DNA of 64,000 bases from a virus (IMGVR_UViG_3300017917_004503:64001-128000); one strand, 5' to 3'; counted from the first letter of the stretch, positions 26,186-36,530 are shown. Made by a program: numbers and translations. The notes: generated by a model from the sequence alone, not told the origin.

Positions 26186-28477
26186 TTGCTTGCAACAGAT
26201 CAACAAAGAAGTTTATTCCTCAAGGGATTTAAACTTTCAAACCAAGGAAAATATGAAGATCCAACTTATCTAGGATTTAAGATAGTTTTCGATTTCGGAG
26301 TTTTACCTGTGAGAGCTGACGATGGGTTAGCTCCAAGTCCTCTTTTTAGGATAGGAAGTTATGAGGATCAACAATTTTTTCCTTTAAATCCATTTGCTCA
26401 ACCACAGTATTCGTATAAGACTGGTCCTAATATAGCTTATTATTCCGCTGCTGAATACCTCAGACAAAGAGAGCAAAACTTTCCCCGTGGTGGAAAGAGG
26501 GCAGATATGTTGATTCAGTTTCGTAATTTATTAAACGATCTTGTTTCAAATTCACCATGGTTTTTACAATCTATCGATGGTTTGGACCAATTGGAAAAAG
26601 TAGAGCGTCCAGGATTTCCCACATTGGATATCGGTGGTTTTGATCCACAGAGAACAGGTAATAAGGTATTAACTTTCAACACTTTAGAGTCTCTGAATTT
26701 AAGAATGACTGCTTTAGCTGATCTTTATAATCAGGCTACTTTTGATTATGATAATATGAGGGAACTAGTCCCTAGGAATCTCCGAAGATTTACGATGTTT
26801 ATCTTCGTTCAAGAAATTAGAAATTTCTTTAAAACTTCTAGATTGATTGGTTCTTCTGCAGCTTTAACTTCACTCAACAATCTATCTGATCTACTGGGAG
26901 CAGGTAATAATCCTGGCAGTAATCTCGGAGCAGCTACTAACATAGCGAATCAGTTTGGACAGGAATTTGGTCAAGCTAATTCTGGTGGTGGAGGACCATT
27001 ATCTTCTTTTGTAGGTAACGTATTTAATAATTCTGGTGTTGATAATGACTATGCTATATTCACAAATCAGCAGGATCAAAGCGGGATTAAGCCAATGCTA
27101 ATCTATGAATGCAGAAATTGTGAATTTGATTTTAGCGACAGTACACCAATACCTAGCTCTATAAACGTTGGTGTTGATACAGCTACACCTGTTGGACAGA
27201 GCTTTAGAATTTTGGTTGGAAAGGTTAGAAAGAAGAGTCAATATCCAAATATCAGGCAAGATGGAAAGCCCTTAATTCTTGCTGATAGCTGGGATTCTTC
27301 TCGCTCGTCTGTTCAAAAAAATCCACAAGACACGAATGACATCTTATCTATTGGCGAAGAGCTTTTAACTAACTTTGTAAGTAATTCACTAAACGATCTT
27401 ATTAACGAAGGTATAAATAATTATGTTCTACCTGCGATTGCAGGAGCAGATAGATTAGCCTTAGGTAATGTTTATAGTTTAGATCCTGGACAGATCTTAT
27501 CAGATCTATCCTTTAACAATGCACAGAATTTTCTAAATCAATTGGGTAACGTCTCTGAAATTTCACTTCCTAATCCACAGACTTTAGGACAAGGTGGACC
27601 TCCAGAGAGGGTTTATATTAAACCAACTGGTGACGTTTATGCACAGGTTCCAGGAAGAGATCTTGGTGTTCCTGAAAGAGTTTACGTTAAGCCTAGTGGA
27701 GATTCCTATCCTGATGTACCAGGAAGGGATTTAGGGGTTCCTGGAAGAGTTTATAATACTCCATCTGGTGATGCCTATCCTGATGTTCCTGGTAAGGATC
27801 TCGGTGTTCCAGATAGAGTTTACACTCCACCTTCAGGTGATGCCTATCCTGATGTTCCAGGAAGAGATCTTGGTGTTCCTGATAGAGTTTATCCTTTACC
27901 AACTGGTGATGTCTATCCTGATGTTCCAGGAAGAGACCTCGGTGTTCCAGATAGAGTATATCCACCATCAACCGGAGATGTTTACACCGACGTACCTGGT
28001 AGAGATTTAGGTGTTCCTGATAGGGTTTACGGTAAGCCAGGAGGAGATGTTTATTCGAATGTTCCTGGTACAGATTTAGGTGTTCCTGATAGAAATTACA
28101 ATAAACCTCAGGGAAAGGTTTATCCTGATTCCCAGCCTTCTCCTAAATTAGGTGAATCGCAGGTTTATCCTGATTTTATTCCATCATCTCCTATCGATAT
28201 TTCGTCTCAAAGAGTTTATACAGATACTCCAAAAGTTAGTTACAACGGAGAACTGAGAGATGAATCTAATACTTTCTCGAGTAATCCTGGAAGAGTCTAT
28301 CCTGTCAACAAACCTTTTTCTGGTCAGAGTAGAGGAGATATCGGAAAGGCTTATCCTGAGACTACAGGAGATTTCATAATCGAAAAACCTTTAAATCTAG
28401 GAAATCTTAAACCAGAAGACAAATATAATATTAGTCTGGGACAAAACAATCCAGATCCTAATCAATTTGAAGATTAA
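26186..28477 (+). CDS. Structural protein with tube-like N-terminal part and 23-aa tandem repeats
   Basis: TTG start, GATAAATA at 26157; WFLQSIDGL...LTFNTLESLNLR tube-like pattern; repeats at 27602-28129. Confidence 0.5.
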   Translation: MLATDQQRSLFLKGFKLSNQGKYEDPTYLGFKIVFDFGVLPVRADDGLAPSPLFRIGSYEDQQFFPLNPFAQPQYSYKTGPNIAYYSAAEYLRQREQNFPRGGKRADMLIQFRNLLNDLVSNSPWFLQSIDGLDQLEKVERPGFPTLDIGGFDPQRTGNKVLTFNTLESLNLRMTALADLYNQATFDYDNMRELVPRNLRRFTMFIFVQEIRNFFKTSRLIGSSAALTSLNNLSDLLGAGNNPGSNLGAATNIANQFGQEFGQANSGGGGPLSSFVGNVFNNSGVDNDYAIFTNQQDQSGIKPMLIYECRNCEFDFSDSTPIPSSINVGVDTATPVGQSFRILVGKVRKKSQYPNIRQDGKPLILADSWDSSRSSVQKNPQDTNDILSIGEELLTNFVSNSLNDLINEGINNYVLPAIAGADRLALGNVYSLDPGQILSDLSFNNAQNFLNQLGNVSEISLPNPQTLGQGGPPERVYIKPTGDVYAQVPGRDLGVPERVYVKPSGDSYPDVPGRDLGVPGRVYNTPSGDAYPDVPGKDLGVPDRVYTPPSGDAYPDVPGRDLGVPDRVYPLPTGDVYPDVPGRDLGVPDRVYPPSTGDVYTDVPGRDLGVPDRVYGKPGGDVYSNVPGTDLGVPDRNYNKPQGKVYPDSQPSPKLGESQVYPDFIPSSPIDISSQRVYTDTPKVSYNGELRDESNTFSSNPGRVYPVNKPFSGQSRGDIGKAYPETTGDFIIEKPLNLGNLKPEDKYNISLGQNNPDPNQFED
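27602..28129 (+). repeat. About 7.5 x 23-aa (69-bp) tandem repeat PDRVYxxPxGDxYPDVPGRDLGV
   Basis: Visible in DNA and protein with a 69-nt period. Confidence 0.92.
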
Positions 28478-28479
28478 TT

Positions 28480-29181
28480 ATGCCGAGTGAAAGAGTCTAT
28501 TTGGGTCAAATCGTAGATAATAAAGATCCCTTATACCAGGGAAGAGCAAGGGTAAATGTTTTTGGTTTTTTCGATGGAATACCGACTGAAGATCTACCTT
28601 GGGCAGAGCAGATAGCTGGACTTTCCTTTGATGGAGGATTCGGAGGCGGAAATATCTCTATTCCTAGAATAGGTACTGTTGTTGCTGTTCATTTTGAGGA
28701 GAATAATTACTATAAAATGAATTATCACTACATTAAAGAGATCTCTCCTTCGTTATTAGAAGAGCTTAAACAAGAAAATTCATACGAGGGTACTCAATCA
28801 ATAGTCTATGACACCGAAGCTCAGCCAGGCACACTTAAAATGATTTATACGAGGAAAAATGGTTTGGTCTTTCAATTAGGTGATGCAACAATTCAACTTG
28901 ATACACAGAATGCTGGAACTGATAAAGAAAAACTCAGAATCAAGATAAAGATGAATGATGATGAGATTAGAATGGAGAAGAATGCGGGTAAGCAAAAAGT
29001 AATTATCAAGTCTGGAAACATAGAGCTAGGTGAAGAAGCTGTTGAAAAAATTATTTTAGGTAGCACCTTTTTGGATTTCTTTAATAAGCATACACACCCA
29101 ACCGGGGTTGGACCATCTGGTGTTCCCGTGATACCTATGATAGATCAAGTTCATTTAAGTCAAGTTTCAAAAACTAAATAA
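28480..29181 (+). CDS. Baseplate central spike (gp5/gpV-like OB fold)
   Basis: YLGQIVDNKDPLYQGRARV...LPWA...IPRIGTVVAVHF; C-terminal HTH (FNKHTHPTGVGP) metal-binding apex motif; no lysozyme domain. Confidence 0.85.
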   Translation: MPSERVYLGQIVDNKDPLYQGRARVNVFGFFDGIPTEDLPWAEQIAGLSFDGGFGGGNISIPRIGTVVAVHFEENNYYKMNYHYIKEISPSLLEELKQENSYEGTQSIVYDTEAQPGTLKMIYTRKNGLVFQLGDATIQLDTQNAGTDKEKLRIKIKMNDDEIRMEKNAGKQKVIIKSGNIELGEEAVEKIILGSTFLDFFNKHTHPTGVGPSGVPVIPMIDQVHLSQVSKTK

Positions 29182-29182
29182 C

Positions 29183-30889
29183 ATGCCAGCTGATTGGGTA
29201 TCTTTTATAACAAATGTTTCTAATAAACTTGACGGTCAATCCATTCAAGCTTCTTATGATTCTGCGGGTTCAGATGTTGATGATTTTGCAACTTATCTGG
29301 CACAACAGTATACAAATGCTACAGTCGGTAAAGCACAATCCCCTTACGGCAATACACATGTGAAGGGTAACGAATCCATTTTGATAGCAGGATTTTCCGA
29401 GGCTTTTAAGAAACTAGAATCCGAAAGATCCCCTACCTTTGAAGAAAAATCCAAAGATCCTAACTATAAAGATTTAAAGGAAGAACCAACTGAGCAACAA
29501 CTTGAATCGGCTAGATCGAAATTTGATCTAGATTTTTTAGCTTGGGCTGAAGAAAATGGTTCAAACATACCGGATTTCATATATTCTCAATTTTTTAGTC
29601 AATATCCTGGATTTCCCAATACAGAGGAGCAAAGGGTTCTTGAATTAGCTAGAAGAATTATTAATCAATTTGACGGAACTTCAGATTATTTACAATGGAT
29701 ATACACTTTAAAGATACAGAATGATGAGTATAAAACTATATCTAGCAAAGTTTATGATAAAATTTTAGAATTAACCAAGGGACTAGGGTCTTCTGAGATA
29801 AAAGTCGGGGATGAAGTTCAAGGACTTTCTCTTTATCCTTTGAATCCAAACGGAACTGAAAATAGAAATTCTCCAAATAAGGGCGGTGAATTGATAAGAG
29901 GTAAGGTTTCATCTATTAATAAAATTAAAATACCTCTCTTATCAGGATCTAATATTTATTCAGTGACAGTAAATTCAAATGGTAAAAACATAGAAAGAAT
30001 TTTAGTTCCTGATACTATTCAAAAGAAAATTAATGTCTCTGATTTTCGTAATGTTAGAAACGTGAATTTATCTAAAAAAATCTTACAAGAAGACCATGTA
30101 TCTGATCCTAGCAGAATACCTAATTATTTGACATCTAAATTCATTACCCGTTTCACATACGATCCAAACAATGATAAAAATCTTTTTTATAGGATAATTA
30201 GAGCTACGCTAAATTTAGTTAATTATGATGGGGTTCAAAATTCCATAAACCAAAATCTATCTCCGAATAATGTACTTTATAGTGGATCTATTACTAAATT
30301 TTTAGACGGAGATTTTACTAATGCACAAATACAAGGCGCTAATATTCTAAGTACTCAGTTCCTTAACAATTCTAGAAATTATAAAGATTCTCTTAGCGTA
30401 AATAATTTTCTAGTATCACTTTCCTCTAAAAAATCCACGTCATATTCAGTTGAAGCCTCGAGATTTCTCCAGCTTAAAAGATCTTACATTGATTATTTAG
30501 TTCAAGAATCTAAAATACAGGATGAATCTGTCAATACTGAAGATCCATATTACAAAATGGCTGATAGTGTTATAAAATACTGGATTAGTTGTTTACAACA
30601 ACCTCTTTCTTCGTCTCCTCCTGTACCACCTTGTACAATATTACCGCCATCAAACGGTGTTTATGTTGGTGTATATTATGGATCTATAAAAAAACTAGGA
30701 GACAGTTTACGCCGTGCATTTAACGATGGCAAAAGTTTCAAGACTGGTAAAACTGGAAAAATAGTTGCAAGTTCTTTGGCTTCATCTTTCCAAAAGCATT
30801 TACTAGAACTAAAATTTATTTATAATGGTGGTATCCCTACAACAGGTGGACCTGTACCAATGTCAGGATTTGTTTCGTTAGTTTTTTAA
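29183..30889 (+). CDS. Hypothetical baseplate-associated protein
   Basis: 568 aa; starts 1 nt after the spike gene stop. Confidence 0.5.
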   Translation: MPADWVSFITNVSNKLDGQSIQASYDSAGSDVDDFATYLAQQYTNATVGKAQSPYGNTHVKGNESILIAGFSEAFKKLESERSPTFEEKSKDPNYKDLKEEPTEQQLESARSKFDLDFLAWAEENGSNIPDFIYSQFFSQYPGFPNTEEQRVLELARRIINQFDGTSDYLQWIYTLKIQNDEYKTISSKVYDKILELTKGLGSSEIKVGDEVQGLSLYPLNPNGTENRNSPNKGGELIRGKVSSINKIKIPLLSGSNIYSVTVNSNGKNIERILVPDTIQKKINVSDFRNVRNVNLSKKILQEDHVSDPSRIPNYLTSKFITRFTYDPNNDKNLFYRIIRATLNLVNYDGVQNSINQNLSPNNVLYSGSITKFLDGDFTNAQIQGANILSTQFLNNSRNYKDSLSVNNFLVSLSSKKSTSYSVEASRFLQLKRSYIDYLVQESKIQDESVNTEDPYYKMADSVIKYWISCLQQPLSSSPPVPPCTILPPSNGVYVGVYYGSIKKLGDSLRRAFNDGKSFKTGKTGKIVASSLASSFQKHLLELKFIYNGGIPTTGGPVPMSGFVSLVF

Positions 30890-30948
30890 AAACCGGAACT
30901 TATTGGTGGATATATACTAAGATTGTTTAACTTCTTAATAAAAAAAAT

Positions 30949-32136
30949 ATGACTGATTTTCTCAAAGAAAACGAACCAAAAACAAACGACTTTAACTGGG
31001 ACATTCAAAATGGGATCAAACCCAACAAGAAATTGAAGAGAGTTCCTGCAGGATTCAAGGTGTTCTGTCATGAACCTTATGCACAGGCTATGCTAGATTC
31101 CTACAACCAATTTTTTTCAGGATCCTCCCAAGTTGATGAATATGCTAAGGATTTATCCGAAGGTATGGTTTATTCTTGTAGGATTGTAGTTCTGAAAGAA
31201 GACGAGGCACTAGCACAAACTTCGACAGGACAAACTATCTACATTGATCTAAAGAAAGAGAAAAAAGACGCGGAAAAGCTCAATATTAGCGGCTTAACAT
31301 TTAACATCGGAGATACAGTTCAGGCTAGGATTAGAGTTTCTAATTCTAACTATTATGGTTCTGTTATTGAATATTATATCCACAGCTTGAGACTGGAACT
31401 TTTTGAACAAATCAAAAAAGAAAACAGTGCTTATAGAGTAAAAATCGAAAGCATAAATAAGGGCGGATACATCGTAGATCTTTCTGGTATTAAGTGCTTC
31501 TTACCAGGTTCGTTAGCTGCGGCAAACAGAATTACCGATTTTGAATCATATTTAGGTAAAGAAATCCATGTTATGATCGAGGGATATGTTGAGTCTAAGG
31601 ACATTTTTATAGTTTCTTACAAGAAGTATCTTAGTAAAATTATGGAATCTAAGATACAAGAGCTTGATTTAACTAAAAAATATAAAGGATTCGTTACTGG
31701 AACTAGTGAGTTTGGAGTTTTTGTTGAATGGGAGGAAGTTTACACTGGTCTTATTCATAAAACAGAATTCTTAGAGGATTCTGAGCTTACTTCAATCCAT
31801 CCTGGAGACGAGATTGAATTTTACGTTAAAGAGATCAAGGATAACAATCGTCTTACTTTAACTCTAGAGAAACCTTTAGAAAGAAATGTAATTATCCAAG
31901 ATTTAGATAATCAAATTAAAGAAGGATCTATTGAACCACAAGAAGCGCGTATTAAGCACAGAAGAAAAAATGGAATTCTCGTTGACTTAATTAATCTTGG
32001 ATTAATGGCCTTAGTCCCTCAGGAAAAGATTGGAAAGAAATCTAAGAATCTTAAACCTGGGGATGATCTGCTAGTTTTAGTTTATGAAGTTGAACCTTCT
32101 AGCGGAAAAATTTACGCTAGAACATTCAATGACTGA
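30949..32136 (+). CDS. rpsA: Ribosomal protein S1 (bS1)-like protein with about four S1 domains
   Basis: KGGYIVDLSGIKCFLPGS and GTSEFGVFVE...TGLIHKTE S1 repeats; N-terminal DFNWD; GATATATA at 30909. Confidence 0.8.
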   Translation: MTDFLKENEPKTNDFNWDIQNGIKPNKKLKRVPAGFKVFCHEPYAQAMLDSYNQFFSGSSQVDEYAKDLSEGMVYSCRIVVLKEDEALAQTSTGQTIYIDLKKEKKDAEKLNISGLTFNIGDTVQARIRVSNSNYYGSVIEYYIHSLRLELFEQIKKENSAYRVKIESINKGGYIVDLSGIKCFLPGSLAAANRITDFESYLGKEIHVMIEGYVESKDIFIVSYKKYLSKIMESKIQELDLTKKYKGFVTGTSEFGVFVEWEEVYTGLIHKTEFLEDSELTSIHPGDEIEFYVKEIKDNNRLTLTLEKPLERNVIIQDLDNQIKEGSIEPQEARIKHRRKNGILVDLINLGLMALVPQEKIGKKSKNLKPGDDLLVLVYEVEPSSGKIYARTFND

Positions 32137-33535
32137 TAATAGAAATCATTTTGATAAACTCAATGCACTAAGCTCTTCTTTAATAGGATTCGAGTTTGAA
32201 TTCTATACAAATATGATGAAGGGCAAAGTTGCTGATTCTTTGTCAAAACTTCTAAACAAAAAAGTTCAGGTATCGGAGAAATATCACTCAAAATTACCTG
32301 TAGACGCTAATACTTTTAAACTGGAGCCTGATTATTCGGGAGGTAGCAACATGATGGAATTCATTACTGGACCTCTCCCGTATAATGAGGCTATTCCTGT
32401 TTTAATAAAGTCACTTAATTGGATCGATGAAAACGGATGGACCAATGACAGATGTGCGTTTCAATTTTCTGTGAGCTTTGATAAATTCAGAAGGGACGTT
32501 AAAGACAGAATAGAAAATCTAGATAAATTAAAATTTATTCTAGGCCTGGATGAGGGATTAATTTATTCGAAGTTTGGTAACAGAAATAAAAATGTTTATG
32601 CTAAATCTATTAAAAGGGTAGTACCTAGAAATAGATTTTCTGTAGTTGAAAATATAACTACTATTGACCCCAAGATGTTTAAAATTCCTGAGGATAAGTA
32701 TTATGGCGTCAATTTTACGAAAGCACCCAAAGGATATCTGGAGTTTCGCTACTTAGGTAATAGAGACTACCAGAAAAAAACTAAAGATATAAGGGAAATA
32801 ATAGATTATGTTATTCTTTATCTCTATGATCTCCTTAGCCACAGAATTTCTGGATATACGAAGGAAGATTTAAAGAAATTGCAAGAACTTATGAACCAAT
32901 ACACAAAGGTTGTAAGATCGTTTAGCAATCCAGATTTCTTTTTCAGAAACTACCCAGATTTTCATGTCTTTGTTGATTTAAAGGGCTGGGATGAGAATAT
33001 TAAAACATATTTTCCTGTCATAAGGGATAAGATCTTTGATATAATAGTGGAGGGAAACGTTAAATCTTGTTATTTTAACTATGACACTACAACAGGTAGA
33101 TACCAGTTAAAAGAAGCTAGAAGTAGAGAAGCTTTTATATTAGAAGACTTGGATCTCATTTCATGTGACATAAAAAATGGAATTGTTAAGAATTGTAACA
33201 TATACGGTTCGAACATTAAAAAATCTTCTTTAGAAGATTGTAATGTTGTTTCCGATAACACTATCAAATCTTCAAAAATTAAAAATACTATATTAGGTTT
33301 TAAAAATGAAGTAGAGGATAGCTTTATCGATTGTGAAGGTAAGAATATCAACTGTAAAATAATAGGCGGTGTTTTTAGAGCTGGTAATGTTGGAGATCTA
33401 GCCGAAATTAGTAAAGAAACACTTAAAGTTAAGGGCTGGGAAGATTTTAGAAAACAGAGATTTGTTACAGATAGCAGATTAAAGAATTCTAATGATAAAT
33501 ACAATGTTTCCAAATTCGGAAACATGAATTTCTAA
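32129..33535 (+). CDS. Putative amidoligase (COOH-NH2 ligase)-like protein with C-terminal beta-helix-like repeats
   Basis: IGFEFEF, LEPDYS, MEFITGP, KYYGVNF, LEFRYLG; ATG 32129 overlaps the S1 stop; C-terminal I-K-N/S-(S/C)-type pentapeptide repeats. Confidence 0.65.
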   Translation: MTDNRNHFDKLNALSSSLIGFEFEFYTNMMKGKVADSLSKLLNKKVQVSEKYHSKLPVDANTFKLEPDYSGGSNMMEFITGPLPYNEAIPVLIKSLNWIDENGWTNDRCAFQFSVSFDKFRRDVKDRIENLDKLKFILGLDEGLIYSKFGNRNKNVYAKSIKRVVPRNRFSVVENITTIDPKMFKIPEDKYYGVNFTKAPKGYLEFRYLGNRDYQKKTKDIREIIDYVILYLYDLLSHRISGYTKEDLKKLQELMNQYTKVVRSFSNPDFFFRNYPDFHVFVDLKGWDENIKTYFPVIRDKIFDIIVEGNVKSCYFNYDTTTGRYQLKEARSREAFILEDLDLISCDIKNGIVKNCNIYGSNIKKSSLEDCNVVSDNTIKSSKIKNTILGFKNEVEDSFIDCEGKNINCKIIGGVFRAGNVGDLAEISKETLKVKGWEDFRKQRFVTDSRLKNSNDKYNVSKFGNMNF

Positions 33536-33551
33536 AATTAAACATCTAAAA

Positions 33552-34334
33552 ATGACAGAACAAGAGCTTATCCAAGAAATAGAAGATGCTTTATCGTTTA
33601 GCTGTGCTTTACCCTATAATTTAAATCAGGATGAGGTAAAAAGAATAATCAAAAGGGCCAGAGCTTGGTTTTTGGATAATTATCAATACGCTGTAGAAGA
33701 TAGAGTTTTTATTTTAGCTAATCAGATATTTCAACATCCAGAGTTTAGACAAACCCGACAAATTAAACTTCCTGAATCCATAGTTACTGTTTACGAAGTG
33801 AGAGAAGTCGGTGGTTATGGAATTTCAGGTAATCCTGATCGTGATTTTAGTGATTCCAAATTGCTTGGTTCTGAACTTTTACTTTCACCTTTTGTAGGTG
33901 ACAATCTCGTTTATCGAACTGTAATGTACTCTTATTTTGATCTTGCTAAAGCATATCTTTTAAACACATTTGCTTTCAAGTGGAATAAAAATAGTAAAAA
34001 ATTAACAATATTGGGTAGAGATCCGGGAAGATCTGGAAAGGGACAAGCTCAGCTAGCCCAAGGTTTTGGTGTTGGTGGAACTGATGTTTATATCAGATGC
34101 TTCGTATCCCTCAATGACGATGATCTTTTTGCAGATGAACTTTTTATAAGATATTGTATAGCAAAGTCCAAAATTGCTTTGGCCAATATGCTTTCTGTTT
34201 TTACCTACAATCTTCCAGGAGGTGTTCAGATAAATTCTAGCGACATCAGATCAACAGGAGAAGCTGAATTACAGGAGGTCATGGATATGATTAATGGTGA
34301 AAACACACCTTCTTATTTCTTACAGTGGAATTAA
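33552..34334 (+). CDS. Neck/head-completion protein (T4 gp13-like)
   Basis: LPESIVTV, YCIAKSK, LPGGVQIN...GEAEL gp13-like motifs. Confidence 0.7.
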   Translation: MTEQELIQEIEDALSFSCALPYNLNQDEVKRIIKRARAWFLDNYQYAVEDRVFILANQIFQHPEFRQTRQIKLPESIVTVYEVREVGGYGISGNPDRDFSDSKLLGSELLLSPFVGDNLVYRTVMYSYFDLAKAYLLNTFAFKWNKNSKKLTILGRDPGRSGKGQAQLAQGFGVGGTDVYIRCFVSLNDDDLFADELFIRYCIAKSKIALANMLSVFTYNLPGGVQINSSDIRSTGEAELQEVMDMINGENTPSYFLQWN

Positions 34335-34418
34335 AATGCTAATATGCTGTGAATATGTGATATTCGCACTATATTAAATTTTACCTCGTTTTGGTTTCTG
34401 ATATATAATATCAAAGGT

Positions 34419-34790
34419 ATGAGAGAGATTTATAACAGGGACCCACTAGATCCAAATTACAACCCGTTCCAGATTGAAACCACAGATCCGGTTGAGATCT
34501 GTGTTGGCCAGCTTAAAATGATGCTTTTATCCAATAAGGGTGAGGTTTTAGGTGATCCCCGATTTGGTCTCAATCTTGAGGATCTTATCTTCAATCTAGA
34601 ACTTTCCGAGACAAGCATTAGAAATGAATTGGATTTATTTCTAAAAACTTATATACCACTCTTTCAGAAACTTGGTGGTACATACACTTTAAAATTTTTC
34701 GCCGGAACCCAAAGAGATATAGCTACATTAGATTTTTCTATACCAGCTAACGGTGGATTGAGCCCGGTTGTTACTTTACGAATAACTTAA
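34419..34790 (+). CDS. Baseplate wedge gp25-like protein
   Basis: LLSNKGEVLGDPRFGLNLEDLIF gp25 motif; GATATATA at 34400. Confidence 0.8.
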   Translation: MREIYNRDPLDPNYNPFQIETTDPVEICVGQLKMMLLSNKGEVLGDPRFGLNLEDLIFNLELSETSIRNELDLFLKTYIPLFQKLGGTYTLKFFAGTQRDIATLDFSIPANGGLSPVVTLRIT

Positions 34791-34799
34791 TTGACTATA

Positions 34800-36530
34800 A
34801 TGAATATTTTTAAAAAGAACAACATATTAATTAATGGTTTACTAAACGATACTTTCGTTTTTCTTCAAGACACTTATAATCAGACTGCTGCCATGTTTAC
34901 TGTAGCTTCGGCTTGGGGTCAGATTCTTTTTGTTCTTCAAAACCTTTCTCAGATGATCCTGTATTTCATAGAGGATTCTATAACAGAACTTAATATAGAA
35001 CAGGCATCAAGAGACTCTTCAATTAGAAGCTTAGCCAGAATAGCTGGATATGATCCTGGAAGAGCATCAACTGCTCAGGGAGAAGTTATTTTATCCTGGA
35101 ATAGAAGAGAATCTGATGTCGGTGGAGGTGCAGTTATCATTAACAATAAATCTCAGATAAGATGTGATCAAAATGGAAAGGTTTATTCTATGATATTCGG
35201 CTCAACCCGTGTTACTCTTCCATTAGCTTCAAGCTCAAGTCCTCTGAGAGTTAAAATAGCACAGGGTGATTTCCAAACTGCAATTGTAACTGGAACCGGT
35301 TTAGCTCTCCAGAGTTTTAACCTACCTTCTGCTAGCGCTGCTTTTCTGGATCAATTTTACGTAGATGTCTATGTGAACGAAGAAAAATGGAAGATGTTTG
35401 ATTCTTTATATGATATTCCACTCAACGGTAAAGGATTTATAGTAAGAACCGGTATTCAAGAGGGACTGGACGTCTATTTCGGAAATTCTAATTTTGGGAT
35501 GGTTCCTCAGAGAGGAGCCAGAATTAGAATAGAATATCTTCAAACGTCAGGTGTATCTGGAAATGCCGCATCAACCAAAGATACTCCGTTGACGTATCGA
35601 TTTGTATCAACTGGTACCGATTTATTTGGTAGTGAGGTTGACCTTAATAACTATTTGGTGATAGCTAATTCCATTGATCCTTCATTTGGATCTAATCCTG
35701 AGCCATTAAACCTTGTTAGATTAGTAGCTCCTAAAACATCTAGATCTTTCGTTTTTGCTAATTCTACTAACTATGAGATATTCCTTAATAAGCTTGGAAT
35801 TTTTTCTCAAGTTCAAGCCTTTACGACTTTTGATGATGAGTATTTGGATGATGATAATGTCATTTACATTTATCTTGTTCCGGACGTTACCCTAAATATA
35901 AGTTCGAATGAAGATTATTTTAGTATTCCAGTATCAAACTTTCTTTTAACCCAACAACAGAGATTAAGTGTCTTAAACTTAATAGAAGATTCTGGATCTA
36001 TGATTGCTACGACGGTAGTTAAAATAGTTGAACCTGTTATAACTAGATACGTAGCTAATGTTGTTATTACGATGTTTGAAGGATTTGATCCTGAAACCAT
36101 TAGACAAGAAATCAGAAATAAAATATCCGATTATATGTTAAATCTCAAAAGAAGAGATTTTATACCAAAATCCGATATGATTGCTATAATAGAGTCAGTT
36201 GAGGGAGTTGATTCAGTTTCTTTCTTCTTCGTTGGACAAAAAAATGAAGCTAATCAGATATTAATGAGATCTTTAACTAATGTTACACCAGCTCAGATGG
36301 AACAACAAATAGGACTGAATTCATTCGGTGATATTATAATTGGAAGAAATGAATTGGTTGTTTTAAGAGGTGGATGGACAGATAGAAATGGAATAAATTA
36401 CGAGGAATCTATTACCGCAGGTAAACCTGGACCTTTAAATATTAGTATTTCTAACATAGTTCAGAGAGGATATAACTCAGGACTAAATACTGATTTAAAA
36501 AGACAAATCATAGCATCATCTACAGTATAA
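34800..36530 (+). CDS. Baseplate wedge protein (gp6/gpJ-like)
   Basis: ASRDSSIRSLARIAGYDP, VYFGNSNFGMVP, IRIEYL.TSG, IIESVEGVD; ATG 34800 preferred. Confidence 0.8.
   Translation: MNIFKKNNILINGLLNDTFVFLQDTYNQTAAMFTVASAWGQILFVLQNLSQMILYFIEDSITELNIEQASRDSSIRSLARIAGYDPGRASTAQGEVILSWNRRESDVGGGAVIINNKSQIRCDQNGKVYSMIFGSTRVTLPLASSSSPLRVKIAQGDFQTAIVTGTGLALQSFNLPSASAAFLDQFYVDVYVNEEKWKMFDSLYDIPLNGKGFIVRTGIQEGLDVYFGNSNFGMVPQRGARIRIEYLQTSGVSGNAASTKDTPLTYRFVSTGTDLFGSEVDLNNYLVIANSIDPSFGSNPEPLNLVRLVAPKTSRSFVFANSTNYEIFLNKLGIFSQVQAFTTFDDEYLDDDNVIYIYLVPDVTLNISSNEDYFSIPVSNFLLTQQQRLSVLNLIEDSGSMIATTVVKIVEPVITRYVANVVITMFEGFDPETIRQEIRNKISDYMLNLKRRDFIPKSDMIAIIESVEGVDSVSFFFVGQKNEANQILMRSLTNVTPAQMEQQIGLNSFGDIIIGRNELVVLRGGWTDRNGINYEESITAGKPGPLNISISNIVQRGYNSGLNTDLKRQIIASSTV

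Noticed and set aside
27602-28129. 69-bp periodic repeats as a CRISPR array
   Set aside because: The units are in-frame coding repeats with synonymous variation and no unique spacers.
34348-34368. Weak hairpin GTGAATAT-GTG-ATATTCGC after the neck gene
   Set aside because: Short stem with no adjacent T-tract; not enough to call a terminator or ncRNA.
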